Assembly: GCA_001244265.2 (NCBI GenBank)
Contig: CDLV01000008.1
Span: forward strand, 248,001 to 312,000
Reading direction: 5' to 3'
Length of the DNA: 64,000 bases
Origin: Microbotryum violaceum
Taxonomy: Eukaryota
A program made the position numbers and the translations under genes. Under the pieces are notes generated by a model. The model had not been told where the DNA came from. It did not search any database and saw only the letters and a list, made by a program, of their open reading frames with translations. How positions within the stretch are numbered: position 1 is the first letter of the stretch; each line of letters opens with the position of its first letter. Shown here piece after piece: positions 37,397-50,692 of this stretch.

Positions 37397-38986
37397 GGTC
37401 GCGCTTGACGCCGAATTCGAGCTATTGCTGAATGTCGACGCCGACGACGTGATGATGCGCGCCACTGCTGCTGTAGGTGCGCTTGGCGCTATGATTGCGT
37501 GATCGCAGCTGGTGCTAAAGTCGAAGCTTGGGAAGTTAAAGGCACGTCCGAATTGGAAAAGTAGGAAGTTCAGTATAGTGTGATAGAGCGAGGGAGAGGG
37601 AGAGGGGCAATGACAGGCGGCGGGCGACGGGCGACGGGCGAGCACAGGAGGAGAGGTCACGAGGAGGAGAGGTGATCGAAGAGCCAGACTCGAAATTGAG
37701 AGTGATCGAGTGGCCCTGGCGACTGACTCCCGGCGAGTCCCTGGCGTTCCGAGACGCGTGCCTGAATTCACGCGCCTGAGGCCTGCGCAGGCTGGGCCCC
37801 CTGAATAGCCCGGTGTATTGTTGGAACCCGAGCCGGCGAGCTCGAGACGACCGCCTGCGGCCCAGTGATCTTAATCTGGAAATTCTCACGACCTTGTCGC
37901 CCGCCAGTGCCAACACTGCCCGTGCGTGACTGGATTGGCGATCGGCGAGAGCCTTCACTCGTACCTACTGTAACGGCTCGACCATGTTTCTGGTAGGATC
38001 GCCGTTTGAGGCAAGAGACAACCAGGGGCCAATCTAGCCGTGCACTGCAATATTGGTTCCCTCGACAACATGATTCAGGTGCTACCAATTACTACCCTTT
38101 TATATTCAAAGTGTCGATCCGCGACCCGCGTACCTATCGCTGTTTTCGGGCCGCCCATAATGAATAACACAGCATACTTCGAGTCTGTCGCACCTGCCTG
38201 TGGTGTCGGTGTCCCGATCAGAAGCCATGTACAACCATTTTTGCATTTCCTGCACCACATAAATCGAGCTCGGCCCGAGTAAGTTTGTCAAGCTGTTCAG
38301 TGCTGTGGAACTGATGAGCGGTGTGTACAACTTAATTCGCAAGCGTGTAGGTTTTTCATGACAAGTCTTCCACAGAGCTCAGGCGTAGTCCCGCTTTCGT
38401 CGAGGCGCGGGCGCGGGCGCGGCTTGGCAAGCCTGATGGCCGGGGTGGGCCACTCTGCTAGAAATCATGCAGACGCTTCAATCCTGTGATATTTGAAGTT
38501 TATCATCCCGTTATTTTGATGTGTTAGAGTGGCTGCTTGTAATCGGGGGATGGTTTCATTCGATGTCACCCATTGTATGACGCTGTAGACGGTGATGCCG
38601 CCGAGATCGGCGCCATGGGATTGACGATGACGGTGAACGCTTCGCAGGCCCAGCGCAGGGGCTCGAGTAGCGCGCCGGCAAGCTCGGCAGGAGTTGCTAT
38701 GATCGTCGAATACTCGCATCGGCAAGAATAGTGGACATTGATCAGAGCTTGTACCAAACTCAAGTGTGACGCATAACCTACGCACCGTTTAGGAGGTCCG
38801 ACCTAGACACGGGCCAGCACTTGTGTGCATGAATTTACAATCATGCGGAGCCTGACATGCAGAACAACATGCGACCGGGACCACGTTCTGTCAACTATCA
38901 CATTGCTTGCAGGTCACTCATCCATAATAGTGTTACAAGACGAAAAAGTATAGGCGCTTGCTTCATGCGATGGATCATATCGCGTG

Positions 38987-40302
38987 TCATGTAAAATGTG
39001 ATGCAGACGAACGGAAACGGCCCCAACTTGACCCTGAACCGATCTTGCCGCGCTCCTCGCTTCCGTAGGCTTGCTTGGTTCCAGGCAGCGGGCTGGAACG
39101 CGCTGAAATAAACGAAGGCAACCCCACCTCGGTCGTACCGCCCCCACTCAGTCCGTTGACCGCATCGTCAGGAAGAATCGGTGTGCTCGTGAAGAGTTTT
39201 CGGAGGTGGGACCGCGAATCGAGGTTGACGAGCAGGGAGATCAGATACATCGAGCCCAGTGCACATTGAAACGCGTACAAGATGGACTTGCGAACGTCGC
39301 TGACTGAGAACGAAAACTCGAAGACGGCGCCGAGCAGCGCAAATGTACTCGTGTACATGGCGCTGTGGATCGCCAATTTGATGAGACTGCGCATCGCAGA
39401 GTCCGTTCTCGAACGCGGGTCACCGACCATCCTTGCTCGATATTGGACTACGAGGGCGATGGTGATAGTCATGTCAGTGACGCAAGTTGCGCCACAGTAC
39501 GCCCCTAAGCTCTTGTTGAAGTCAAAAGTTCCGATGGCATCCCTCCCTGTTGCACGGCAGTGAAACGAAAGCACAGTGTAGAGTACGCCTGCCGCCATGC
39601 TGAACCCGATAGAGAGGCCCAGGAAGACGAAGTAGGCCATCTTGTTGAACCGGTTCGTGAAGAGCTTTTTGGTAGCATCGTTGGAGCGCGGGGTGGTGGT
39701 GGGGGCGGGGGGAGCGTGAGTCAGCTCAGAGCCTCCATGCTCAAATCCTCCATGCCATATCGGCGGTCTGGTGATTCCTGAACAGCCTAAACTTACCGAG
39801 CTTGCGCGGCGCGCCAAGTAAATCTGTATCATAGGTCCCATTAACAGTCCAACGGGGACGAGCGACAAAGCATCGACTACGGTCTATTAAGTAAGGAGGT
39901 GCCGATGTGGTAATTTGTGTCATCAGCGCAAGCATCTACTGCCGAACTCGCAGTGGTCTGGAGCCGAGAGAGAAAAGTCCGTACCTGTCCTTCCACATCC
40001 GCGGTTGTTCGGCTTTGTCGTATCGTGTAGAACCATGTGCTCCAGAAGCCAAATCCGATATCCACCGTGCTAAGTACCACTGAGGCCACGAGTAGTAATT
40101 GAAGACGCCATCCGTCCGCTTTCCAAGCTGCCGACTGGACGTATCGAAGGAACAAGCTCATCGCGAAGCCTCCGAGGTAGATGTCCAGTAGCATACCCAG
40201 AGCGAAGGGTCCCCAAATCCCGGTTGCTATGAATTGTTCTGCCACATACCGTGGCACGTCCGTTGCGGAGGGCCCCACTGTCCGATTCATCGAGTGCTCC
40301 AT
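38987..40302 (-). CDS. DUF6534-like multi-pass (7TM) membrane protein, copy 2
   Basis: Close paralogue of copy 1 (GPFALGMLLDIYLGGF, TDSAMRSLIKLAIHSAMYTSTF, MYLISLLVNLDSR) with a shared intron position after the first exon. Confidence 0.8.
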
Positions 40303-40989
40303 GGCGAAATTCCCGGCGGCAGTGGCGAGCCACAAGGACCGTCAGTCGTCCTTGCAGGCAACTTGAGGCAGCGAGTTATCAATCGGGCTTGAGGTATGCG
40401 AGTCCAGGGCAGAACCGGTTCCAAAGGTCACACGAATAGTAAACATGAAGACACAAGTACACGGAAAGTCTACCGAATGTACAGTCGTACCACGAGTCGC
40501 CGCCAGCTGGAGGAGCCAAGTTGCGTCGAATTCGGCTTCGAACTCGCGGTCTCGAGCATTGGGAGCCCGGCCAAGACTTTTTAACTTTGCAATCTAGAGC
40601 GTCCGCGGAGTTAGCACCTGCTCCCCGGGCAAACGCGTCGAGGGTTGCCTATGGTGCTAGAGCTGAATAATTACAAAAGGACTGAAGACTCGTGTGAAAG
40701 ACCGATCATCCGAGGGGATTTAGGGTCTGTAGTACGATCGAAAACACATCGTTGCTCCATTGCACGCTTGGAGAGGAGGGAAGAAATACCTCGGAACTTG
40801 ACAAGAGTAGTACTGACCCATCAAGGGGACCGACTACCCCCAATAAAACCTCATATCAAGCGCCGAATTCAAGTACATCTGGATCAACGTTGTTGGCATC
40901 ACGAAACCAATAGGGGGATCGACCGAGCCACGACGAAAGGCTCGACAAAGCCGATGATGCCAAAGCGTTGACATTTGGATGGCGGTCTC

Positions 40990-42587
40990 TCACATCTCGA
41001 TGCGGACCTCTTTTCTAGAGCAAGAATGCTTCAAATCCATCTCTTCGTCTTCGTCGGAACGAGGATCGCCGAGGGTTTGCATTCGCACGAGCTGAGGCGT
41101 TGGGACGCGAACCCGGCTGGCGGACGTGACGAAGGGTGGCGGCTTCGACGAAATGCCGGCGCTATTGTTCGGGTAACGTGTGCTGTAGACTCCGGGGGAC
41201 GAGCTATCGTTGTTGCTATAGCCGTCTGTTTTCTCACGCAAACCTTGACGAGAGGCGAGGGTGACGAGGAAGGAGATGAGGTAGAACGAGGACAGGGGTT
41301 GGTAAAACGCACCGGTCGAGTTGATGAGGAGCGAATCATCCGAGAACGAGTCCGAAAGGATCGCCGCGATCATCGCAAAGGTGGCGGTGTAAGAAGCCGT
41401 CTCGATCGATAGGATGATGACGCTGTGGAGCATCGAGTCGGTGCCCGAGTTGAAGCCGGCGATTCGTTTGTACAGCAGGAGCGAGAGAGTGACGGTGAGG
41501 AGAACATCTATGATACAGCAGCACCACAGCCATAGTCTAGGGCTCGCCCACAGACCGAGATTTAGCACATGTGCTACTATTACATACGTGTTCCTTGTTC
41601 GAGCAGACTCACCCGTTTGCTAACGTGAAGGACAAGCCTGGTGGTGGCGTCACGTTGTTGCGCAGCATGAACGACGCGGCGACGAAGAGCCAACTTCCGA
41701 TGAGGCCACCCACGATCAGCAAAGATGCCATTGTAATGAACAAGCTTCGATAGAGGCTATTATCGAAGAGCTGGTTGATAAAGATGAAGTATCTGGTGTT
41801 AGACACGTGTTCGGTACTGTAACAAGTCAGTGCTTACCGAGACCGCCCGAAGACCGAGAAAGCTCTGAACGAGCGCCCCAACGATACCGGCGGGCACAGT
41901 AGCGAAGCAATCTGCGAGCGTCTGAAAGACGTAGAACACAACTTAACTTCCGGGTCCAAGCCTTAGGTAACTTCGGCAAAAGCCCCCCTCGTGTGCCTTC
42001 CCGGCCCGCCACCTAGGTTCTGGCGATTTGGTGTGCATACTCACCTGAGCATACAGGGTATCGACGTCACGACGTTGGGAAGTGCCATAATGGAATATCG
42101 AACCAAATGTGATACTATCGGAAATATGCACCAGCAAGTAGAGGTCGAAGTCAGATTGGGTAATCTTCCCGGTCGGACCGAGAAGGACTGCCAATCGCAA
42201 CGTACGCCGCTTGGCCCGTGGCGGCGAACACGACGGCCCATAGCCACAACTTGATCCTCCTCGAGTCGGCCTTATACTGCGCGCCTGTGACGTATCGCAC
42301 GAGCAACGATAGCCCGAATCCATAGAAGATGAGCTGTACCATCCACCCTGTCGAGAATATCTGTCATCGGCAATCAGTACTCTTCGGCGTGGGACTACCA
42401 CTAGCGTCACGAACGTCTGCTCCGAGTCGGTTGCTCGAAACTAGCCGCAAAGGCGCGAATTGCCGCCTTGCTCCAGGAGCATGAGGAGGTTGGACCTACC
42501 GACAAACACAGGTCCTAGACTTGCTGTAGCGATGCTCTGAAGGGCGACGGGACCGGCATTCGGGTCGTTCCCGGGTGTGTCCGACAT
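40990..42587 (-). CDS. DUF6534-like multi-pass (7TM) membrane protein, copy 3 (diverged)
   Basis: IATASLGPVFV/G, GTSQRRD..LY, DVLLTVTL..LL..RIAGFN..TDSML, ETASYTA, LSSFYLISFLVTLASR..LR. Confidence 0.75.
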
Positions 42588-43692
42588 GGCGCTTAGTTGC
42601 CCTTTAGCTGAGTTGGGCGAAAGAACTGCGTGGTGGTGTGAGTGGTCGAGGGTCGGCGAAATTTCCCGGACGAGTCCAACGTATCGAAAGGAGGTCGGAT
42701 ACACACCAGCTTCAAGCTAGTCTGAGAGGAGACAGCGGAGGGAAGGAGGGAAATACGAAGAAGCGACGGCGTCGACGGGTGGGGGGGTCAATCGAGGGAA
42801 AAAAGCAACTCTCGGGCCGAACCGAGGATTCGCCGAAGGAGAGCAATCAAAGACCTTCAAACACAGCCAGAGTCAGCGCCCGAGGGCTAAGATCTAAAAG
42901 TAAGACGCGGTTTGACTAGCTAAATCAGATCCGTGAGTGCTAGCGATATTTTGGGAAGCCCCACTCTTTTTCCTTGTTCTGCGGGACGACGAGCCGCCTC
43001 CCGTTGCAACTTAGGAGACCCTGCACGGTTCGTGCGCTCCGGGTTGTTTGCCTGGTTTTCAGGACGGCCGAGGACCGAGGCACAGAAGTGGAACAGAGCG
43101 ACCCTTCAAGCACTGCAGAATCACTCCTCGGCTAACATTTTTTTGCGCCGTGTAGTCGCTTCCTCGAAGGAACGCTTGGGCCATGTGAAGCGTATCGCAC
43201 CGTCACACCCGCCGGAAACACGACGGCAGACATCGCCGAATTCGTTAGGAGAGGAGGGCTCGTGCGCGCATAGCCAGCGACACGTCAGGGACAAAAAGGA
43301 GCCACATTTCCGATCCAATCGAAGCCGCACCGGACCGGTGATAAAAGCGTTTACAAATGGGCACTGTTTTCTACAGAGCTTTCACAATCATAATCAAAGT
43401 GTGGAGACCTCACCGGCGCAAATTTGTCCGAGGTTCAAATCCCAAGCTGGTTTCCGCGCCGCCTAGGTCGAGGCAGCGGACTCACGCGAGCCGCGTCGAC
43501 AGGCGGATCTGCGTCGATTCTCTCGTTGAGTGAGACAACGCGCCTTGACTCGCCTGGACAGCTTTTGACATCTCGCCACATCGCCCGCGTCTTGCCTCTC
43601 GTATCTCTCGCCACTCACGCCACTCACGCCACCCGCGTCCAGCTGCGACTTCCACCCACTGATTTGCACCCCATCACCCGACCCATCTCATC

Positions 43693-45325
43693 ATGTCGTC
43701 GCAACAGTCTCAGGTGCCCGAAGAGGACGAGCAAGCCTCGCATGGGCTGCCGACCCCCGTCACCGCTCTCATTGTCAGTTGTCAAGACCACAGGCGCACC
43801 ACACCTTTGCACTTCTCGGAAAACCTACTAATACCGTACAAACTATCTCTTTTCAAACCCCCCATCCAGGCTCATGGTATCTCGGCCAAGGACTGTGACA
43901 AGTTGAAGGACGCAGGTTACAACACACTCGAGTCGATTGCCTACACACCCAAAAAGATGCTGCAGCTCGTCAAGGGAATCTCAGAAGCCAAGGCAGAGAA
44001 GATGCTCAAACTGGGTTCGTGACATGTTACAAAGCTGCTTTGGTAGACCGCCAAGAGTGCTACGTCCTTGGGGGGTCGTGAAGTTTTGACGTTGTGCACG
44101 CACTAACCTTCCAAACATTCGCCATCGTCAGCGTGCGACCAGATCCCTATGGGCTTCACGACCGCAACCGAATTGTAAGTCTGTCACACACTGGTGGAGC
44201 TTGACATTGCATATACTCGGTTGGTACTCAACGATTGATATCACGCGACGGCAACAGCCACGCCCGACGCGCCGATATGGTCACGATCACCACGGGCTCG
44301 ACCGCGCTCGACAATGTTCTTGGAGGTAAGCGACAGTCGCCGCAGTCGGCCCCGATGACGAACTGGAAGCGTCGGACTGACCATACTGATCCTTATCTTC
44401 TGCATATAGGCGGTATCGAGACGGGCTCGATCACCGAGCTCTACGGCGAGTTTAGAACGGGAAAGAGTCAGATCTGTCATCAGCTCGCGGTCACGTGCCA
44501 GGTGAGCTTGACGTCGCTGTCCTGCCAGCAAGGTCACGTCTGTACTTGTTGCTGATCCTCGTGTCCACCTTTTCCTTATAGCTTCCTTGCGATATGAAGG
44601 GTGGTGAGGGCAAATGCCTGTACATCGACACCGAGGGAACGTTCCGACCAGCGCGTCTGCTCGCGATCGCCGAGCGCTACGGCATGAACGGCGAGGATGT
44701 GCTCGACAACGTCGCCTACGCCCGTGCGTACAACGCCGATCACCAAGCATTGCTGCTCATTCAAGCGGGTAGCATGATGGCTCAATCTCGGTCAGTCGAG
44801 CCCGATTCTCAATCGACGCTGCGATCACGTGATGGCTGATCGCCGTTTACTCGCTGGCGCAGTTTCTCCCTCATGATCGTCGACTCGGTCACAGCCCTGT
44901 ACCGCACCGATTTCAGTGGTCGAGGCGAACTCAGTGCTCGTCAGATGCATCTCGCCAAGTTCTTACGCTCCCTTCTCAGGCTTGCCGATGAAGTGAGTTT
45001 TAGCTTTTGTTTCGGCTGTCCTTACTAGGCGACTCAATGCTCACACTCTTCACCTTCGGTCTTATAGTTTGGTATCGCGGTCGTCGTTACGAATCAAGTC
45101 GTCGCCTCGGTCGACAATGCCCCGGGTGTGCAAGGTGATCAAAAGAAACCCATCGGTGGGAACATCATGGCTCACGCGAGTACGACGCGTCTCTCATTAC
45201 GCAAAGCTCGTGGTCCCGAACGCATCGCCAAGATCGTCGATTCGCCTTGCTTGCCCGAATGCGATGGCAAATTTCAAATCACCGCTTCGGGCATCTCTGA
45301 CGTTGATGGGAATGACGACGATTAG
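43693..45325 (+). CDS. RAD51: DNA recombinase Rad51
   Basis: [62 protein letters not shown] (Rad51-type rather than Dmc1-type), [17 protein letters not shown]. Confidence 0.95.
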
Positions 45326-45672
45326 AAGAGTGATTCCGATCGTCTCGTGCCTTTTTGATGAAATTCGTGTCCTATCACGAATAACCCTGCATTTACTTTT
45401 TTCCTACCCCCTCGGGTCCTTCCTCGCATATGTAACCATCATCGTTCATTTGTACACATTACGTAGCTCAAGTACACTCGTTTCCAATTTCGTATACTCT
45501 TATCTCGCTCACTTTGCCCACCAAATTGTCAAGACTTTCAGGCAGACACACAGCGCCCGAGTGATTTAACTACTTGCACGTGGATTGAAAACAAAAAAGA
45601 AGGAGTCGTACAAAGAAAAAAAGGAAAGGCAAACAAAATCAGAACGAGAGATTGCTCCAGCCCTCTACCCCC

Positions 45673-48600
45673 CTACCATGGGTTCTCCCTAAAGCTGACC
45701 GTACTCGCATTACTCCCTGCCGTACCACCCCAAACGAAAGGAGTTCCCGCTGGATCCGGAACGACTTTCTCCTCTCTTCCGTTCGTAGACACGGTTTTGG
45801 GAGGAGTCTGCATCGTCCATTGAGACATCAGTTCACCACTGAGGTCGTTGGCAAAGGTGATGGTTGGTTCGGAAGCTGCCAAACTCGTCCTTCTGACGAT
45901 CGGTGTGGTAGGTGATCCCCAACCTTGATCTTCGAGAAGAACTGGGGGAGCGGGATCAAGTGAAGAAGGGGTCGTCGATTCATCTGCCCATCGTCGTCGA
46001 AGTAATTCCCGAGGATCCAACGTCGTATCGAGGTTCGTTAGATCGGTTTGAGGACGCGAGAGGGCGATTTCGATCGCGGGCGAAGGCGCATCTGTTCCTT
46101 CACTTTCGGTTGTACGAGTTCGGCTGTGCGGAGGGAAGGGTGTGGAAGGGGAGGAGGAAGGGGATGATGGGGATCCTGCAGGTAGTTGGGCGACTTCGGC
46201 TCGGATCTTGTTGAGGTCGAAGCCGGAGGGAACGGCGGGCGCGGCGGTCGTCGATGGTTCAGAAAGGGCAGGAGAGTCTCCATCGTGGGTTGAGTCGCTA
46301 CCATCGACGGTGGAGATGGACAGGGAGCACCGATTCGCCCTCTTGGACGTGAGGTCTCCAACACCGATATCCCCCGTATCAGACGACGCGCGATCAACCG
46401 AAGTCGAAGACGACGACGAAAGTCTCGGCGGTAAATCATCATATTCATCCTTCGACTGAGCTCTCGACATCGGCACCGAATTCGTCGGTGCCGACTTCTT
46501 ACTCCTCGAGAATAACCCCAGTACCTTCTTTCGCGATTTGCGTTCAAGTCGCTCTTGTTCTTCCGCGGCGGTGAGGACTTCGCGATCGGGCGCATCGAGT
46601 TCCATCTCTTCGGGTTCATCGAAGTGATCGGCGGTGACTTTGAAGCCGACGTATTTGAGCAAATTCGGCATCAAGGTACGGTAACTCATGTGCCCCATCA
46701 GGATATCGGTAATATCGACATTTTCGAGATCAGGGACGTGTTCGATCGGTCGTAGTCCAGCGACGGTTTGTAAACCTCCTGAGGTCGCACGGAACAAATA
46801 CCCGAGCACCCAATCGTTCATCGCGAAAGCATTAACGAATCGACCGGCGACGATTCCTCGAACTTGTCGCCACACCTTCATCGACGCCGTCACAGTCGCA
46901 CCGAAAAGATACACCTCTTGAACGACACCGAACGCATTCGCCTTTGCTAGTTCGACGAGGGCGTAAAAGATGACACGCGCGCCGAGCGAGAAGCCGACGA
47001 GGGATACGGGCCTCACACCGAGTTGTCGGTTGATGAGGATATCGGCGAGTACAGCACCGGCTTGGCGAGCGCGATCGAGAGCGTTCGACCAAGGGTTGTC
47101 GATGAGATAACTCAGTTTAGTGAGCACTGCATGAAGACCAAGTATCCTCAATCAGCTGCAAGCGCACATAGATCGTACTAGGTCCCAGCTCACTCACTCA
47201 TGGGCCACTGCAGCGCGCTCATCAAAGCCGTCATCACCGTCAAGGCCAACACCTGCTGCCCCGCCTGAGTCAGCACCTCAGTCGACAAGATCTTCAACGC
47301 ATTCCCCGTATCCCCCATCATCTCCGGTTCCCATAACACGGAGAACACGTCCCCCATCAACGGATCAAGAGGACTGAACGGCAAGCGCACGTCATCGAGT
47401 GGCCCATTCATGAAGCCCGGGATGGTGATGAGGAAGTTGACGCGCTTATTGTTGTGCAAAGGGAGGAACTCGAAAGTCTTGACATGGCGAGTACGTTTGG
47501 CCATGGCTTTACCTCCGATCGTCGCACCCGTCAAGGTCGCACCCGAGGATATGATCGCTGCTCCACCCGCGCCAGCAAGAAAACCCGTTGTCCCGGACAC
47601 TCCAACCGTCGTTAAAGCTGCTCCTAGACCGGCACCAATGACTGGCGCAAGTAGACCGGCTGATAACCCAATAACGAGTCCACCACCGAGCGTCGCCAAT
47701 CCCATCATGACGTATCGCTTGTTCTGCCCCTTGACTCTTCGTTCCTCCAGCACCTCGAGATGTTCCTTTTGCTTGACGTTCTCCTGAATCTCAAGCGCCT
47801 CCGTGAGTCGACGCTCGAACCGAACGACGTCGATCCATTCCAACCCGAGCTTGTCCGCGATCATGCACAAAAGAACGCGTGACCTCGCATCATAAACCGA
47901 GTCGGCAATTAAGGACAGGAAAAGGTCGCACAAGATCGTCCACCGGATATCGAGGGTGATCTCCTTGTCCGCGGTCGAAAGTTTGGTCGTCACACCAGGG
48001 AGGGAGGACGGCATCGGCTGCAGAAAGTTGTCGGGTTGATGCATCGAGAGTGATGGTGAGGAAGGTTCCTCTATTGGGACGGCTTCGTTTTCGTCGGGTG
48101 CAACGAGGGCGATAGCTGGTGCACCGGCGGCGACGGTTTGTGAAGGCAGATTCGGCGGGGGTGGCGACGACGCGGAAGGGGCATCGTTCACTTCGCTATC
48201 TGCTGTTGTCGTACGACTCCGTGTCGTCGGACTGTCTAAAGCTCCTCCAATATCACCCTCGGCGCCCTCAAAAGCTCTCTGCCGACTCGATGGCGAGCCT
48301 GGAGGCGAAAATCGAGGCGAGAGCGCTTTGGGCGACCCAAGAGATCGAAGTGAATGGGCCGACGACGACCGCGAAATGCGGGTGGGCGAGGAAACAGGCG
48401 ATCCAAACTCCTCAGCGAAAGCTAGCGGATCCCTCCGAGCAAGACTGGCCCGTCGTTCGAGTTTGGCCACCTCGCGCGCGACTCTGCCTTCACGTTCGAC
48501 CCGGAGATGCTCCTGCCGTGTCGCCTCGGCTTCAATCTCTAGCCGCTCGGCTTCGGCCTGTTCCTCTTCTTGAGCTTTCCGTCTCGCTTCTTCTTCTTCT

Positions 48601-49580
48601 TTCTTTCGCCGTGTCTCTTCCTCCTGCGCCCTTTTTCGCTCCTCCTCTTGCTCCGCTTCGTGTTCTCGTCGTTGCTGTTCGAGTTTCTCCTCCTCGGCCT
48701 GAGCGGCCTCGGGATCGTATTCGGGGTTAGTGACGGTATAGGTCGACATGAGAGATGGGGTGAGATCCTCGGCGGTGACGCCGTGTTCGGCAAGTTGTTC
48801 AATCATGCGTTGTTCTGTCGGACCGTAACCAGGATGAGTACGAGGGAGTAGAAGCTCGACTTTTTTTAGCTTGTTGGCAGACTGACCAGCACCATCGACC
48901 TCCATATGGCGATACAACCTCCCCATGATCTTGTTGGACCAGGTCTTGCAACTCTCCCTCGCAGGTGCAAGTTCGGGTGCGCCTTTGGAAGCAAGCACGA
49001 GGGTCTGTACCATTTCGCGCGCAACGAGGCGACATAAGCCGACGTAAGCGATCCTCTGCCCCTCGGTGAGCAAGGTCTTTGTCGTTTGCATCTGCGACAG
49101 AGGTGTCATGCCTTTATCCTGATTGAAGAGGTACTGGGTGCGCATCGATATTTCATCCTCGTCGGGATCGTCGTCGAGTTCGAGACGGGTGTAGTCCATC
49201 TCGTCGAGTTGCTCCTTCTCCTTCCACGCCTGTCCGCCGCTGTCGACGTCGATGAGCTTACCGGTGGCGTTGCCCCCTCCCGCGCCACCTGCGATCATGG
49301 ACGCGGTCGAAGCTGAAGCCGACGGACCTGGGCCATTGGAATGATGGGAAGAAGACGTCGAAGCAGACGACGAGGAGGGTGCGATCCACGCATCATGGCG
49401 TTGGACCGTGGTCGGTAAAATGCGATGATGGCTCCACTGCGCATTGCGGCAATGAGGCGCACGAACGTCGTCGTCATAGTCGTCGCGATGGCGTAGGGAG
49501 GATACACTTGTGCCGGTCGAATGAATGACGGGCATATCCTGCCAGTCATCGTCGTCGAGGTCGTTCCATTTCGTCGTCAT
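45673..49580 (-). CDS. DUF726/TMCO4 (yeast Mil1-like) alpha/beta-hydrolase-fold membrane protein
   Basis: LLTEGQRIAYVGLC, LDIRWTILCDLFL..YDARSR, Gly-rich TM GLATLGGGLVIGLSAGLLAP, RPVSLVGFSLGAR, DWVLGYLFR; introns near 48888-48822 and 47198-47127. Confidence 0.9.
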
Positions 49581-50692
49581 CGTGGTCACGCTGGCCTACG
49601 AGCGAGCGGGCACAGTCACACGGTTAAAGTCCCTTCCCCGGTCCGGGCTTCCCAGTCTCCTAGCGACGTGTGCAGCAACGCTATGAGCTCAGACCCCACT
49701 AACTGTGGATGAAGAGAGAAAGTGTGAATGTCAGAGGAAAGGTTCCGGTCGCTCAGTGCGGGTAGGAGGGATCGCTTCAGTGCAAGTGAACCTCTCAACC
49801 TGAGGCTGGGCGGGTGGGTGTAGCACTACAAATCAGGCTCGCTACTCGGTACTGACCCCACGCTGATCGCTCTATCCGAGCCCCGAGTGACTGTTCGCGC
49901 GGCCTAAGCCTCCAGCCGAGCCGGTCCAGCCCGACCAAGGACAGAAGGTGGGGGGCGAGTCGGGCGAGACGAAGGACAGGACCGGCGCCGCGATCCGACT
50001 TGCGGGTGAACGCGATCGGTGCGACCGGTGCAGCGGTGCTTTTGCGACCTAGCTGACGATGACGATCCCGGGTCAGATGACGACACCTCCCTTGTAGCGG
50101 ATCGTAGTTGTGAGTCCCAACGGAGGAGTCGGGGTGTTGTGCCACGCTGTACAAGCCGCCGATGTGAGCCTACAAGCACGAGCAGAGCGGTCGCATCTCT
50201 CGACCTTGCCCCGCGCGGCCGGCGCCAATCGGTAATAGTAATAGTTCCGGCAACGCTAACTCGACCGTTATTAGCAATCTGCCCCAGTCGCGCTCGGCCG
50301 AGCTGAGCGAGCTGAGCGCGGTTACTTGGTCGAGCTTGTTGTACTGCTTGCTGTAAGCCCAACACCTCTTACGATCGACGACCACTCGCGTGCGCGTGCA
50401 TTATTCACCCTCGCAGCCCGCTCTAGCTCTGGCTTAGGCTCAGGTCCATCGAGTACCGTCATCCTCAAGCGTGGCTGCTGCACACGCCGCCCACCCGAGT
50501 TGACGCCGACGCTCTGCAGCAGGCTCACGCGACACACCACCACCAGCCACCACCGGCACACCGCACACGCCACGCTCAGCAAGCCGTCGACGCCACTCGC
50601 TCCCACTCGCTCCCACTCGCTCCCACTTGTACCCGCCCACCACCCATCTCGCTCCTCCACCTCGGCTACACCCGGCCATCTTCGCCTCCACC

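Noticed and set aside
36005-42587. Pheromone receptor (STE3) / mating-type locus
   Set aside because: No STE3 motifs, and no CAAX pheromone or homeodomain genes were recognised
43693-45325. DMC1
   Set aside because: [20 protein letters not shown] is the Rad51 signature; Dmc1 has ELxERQQKL
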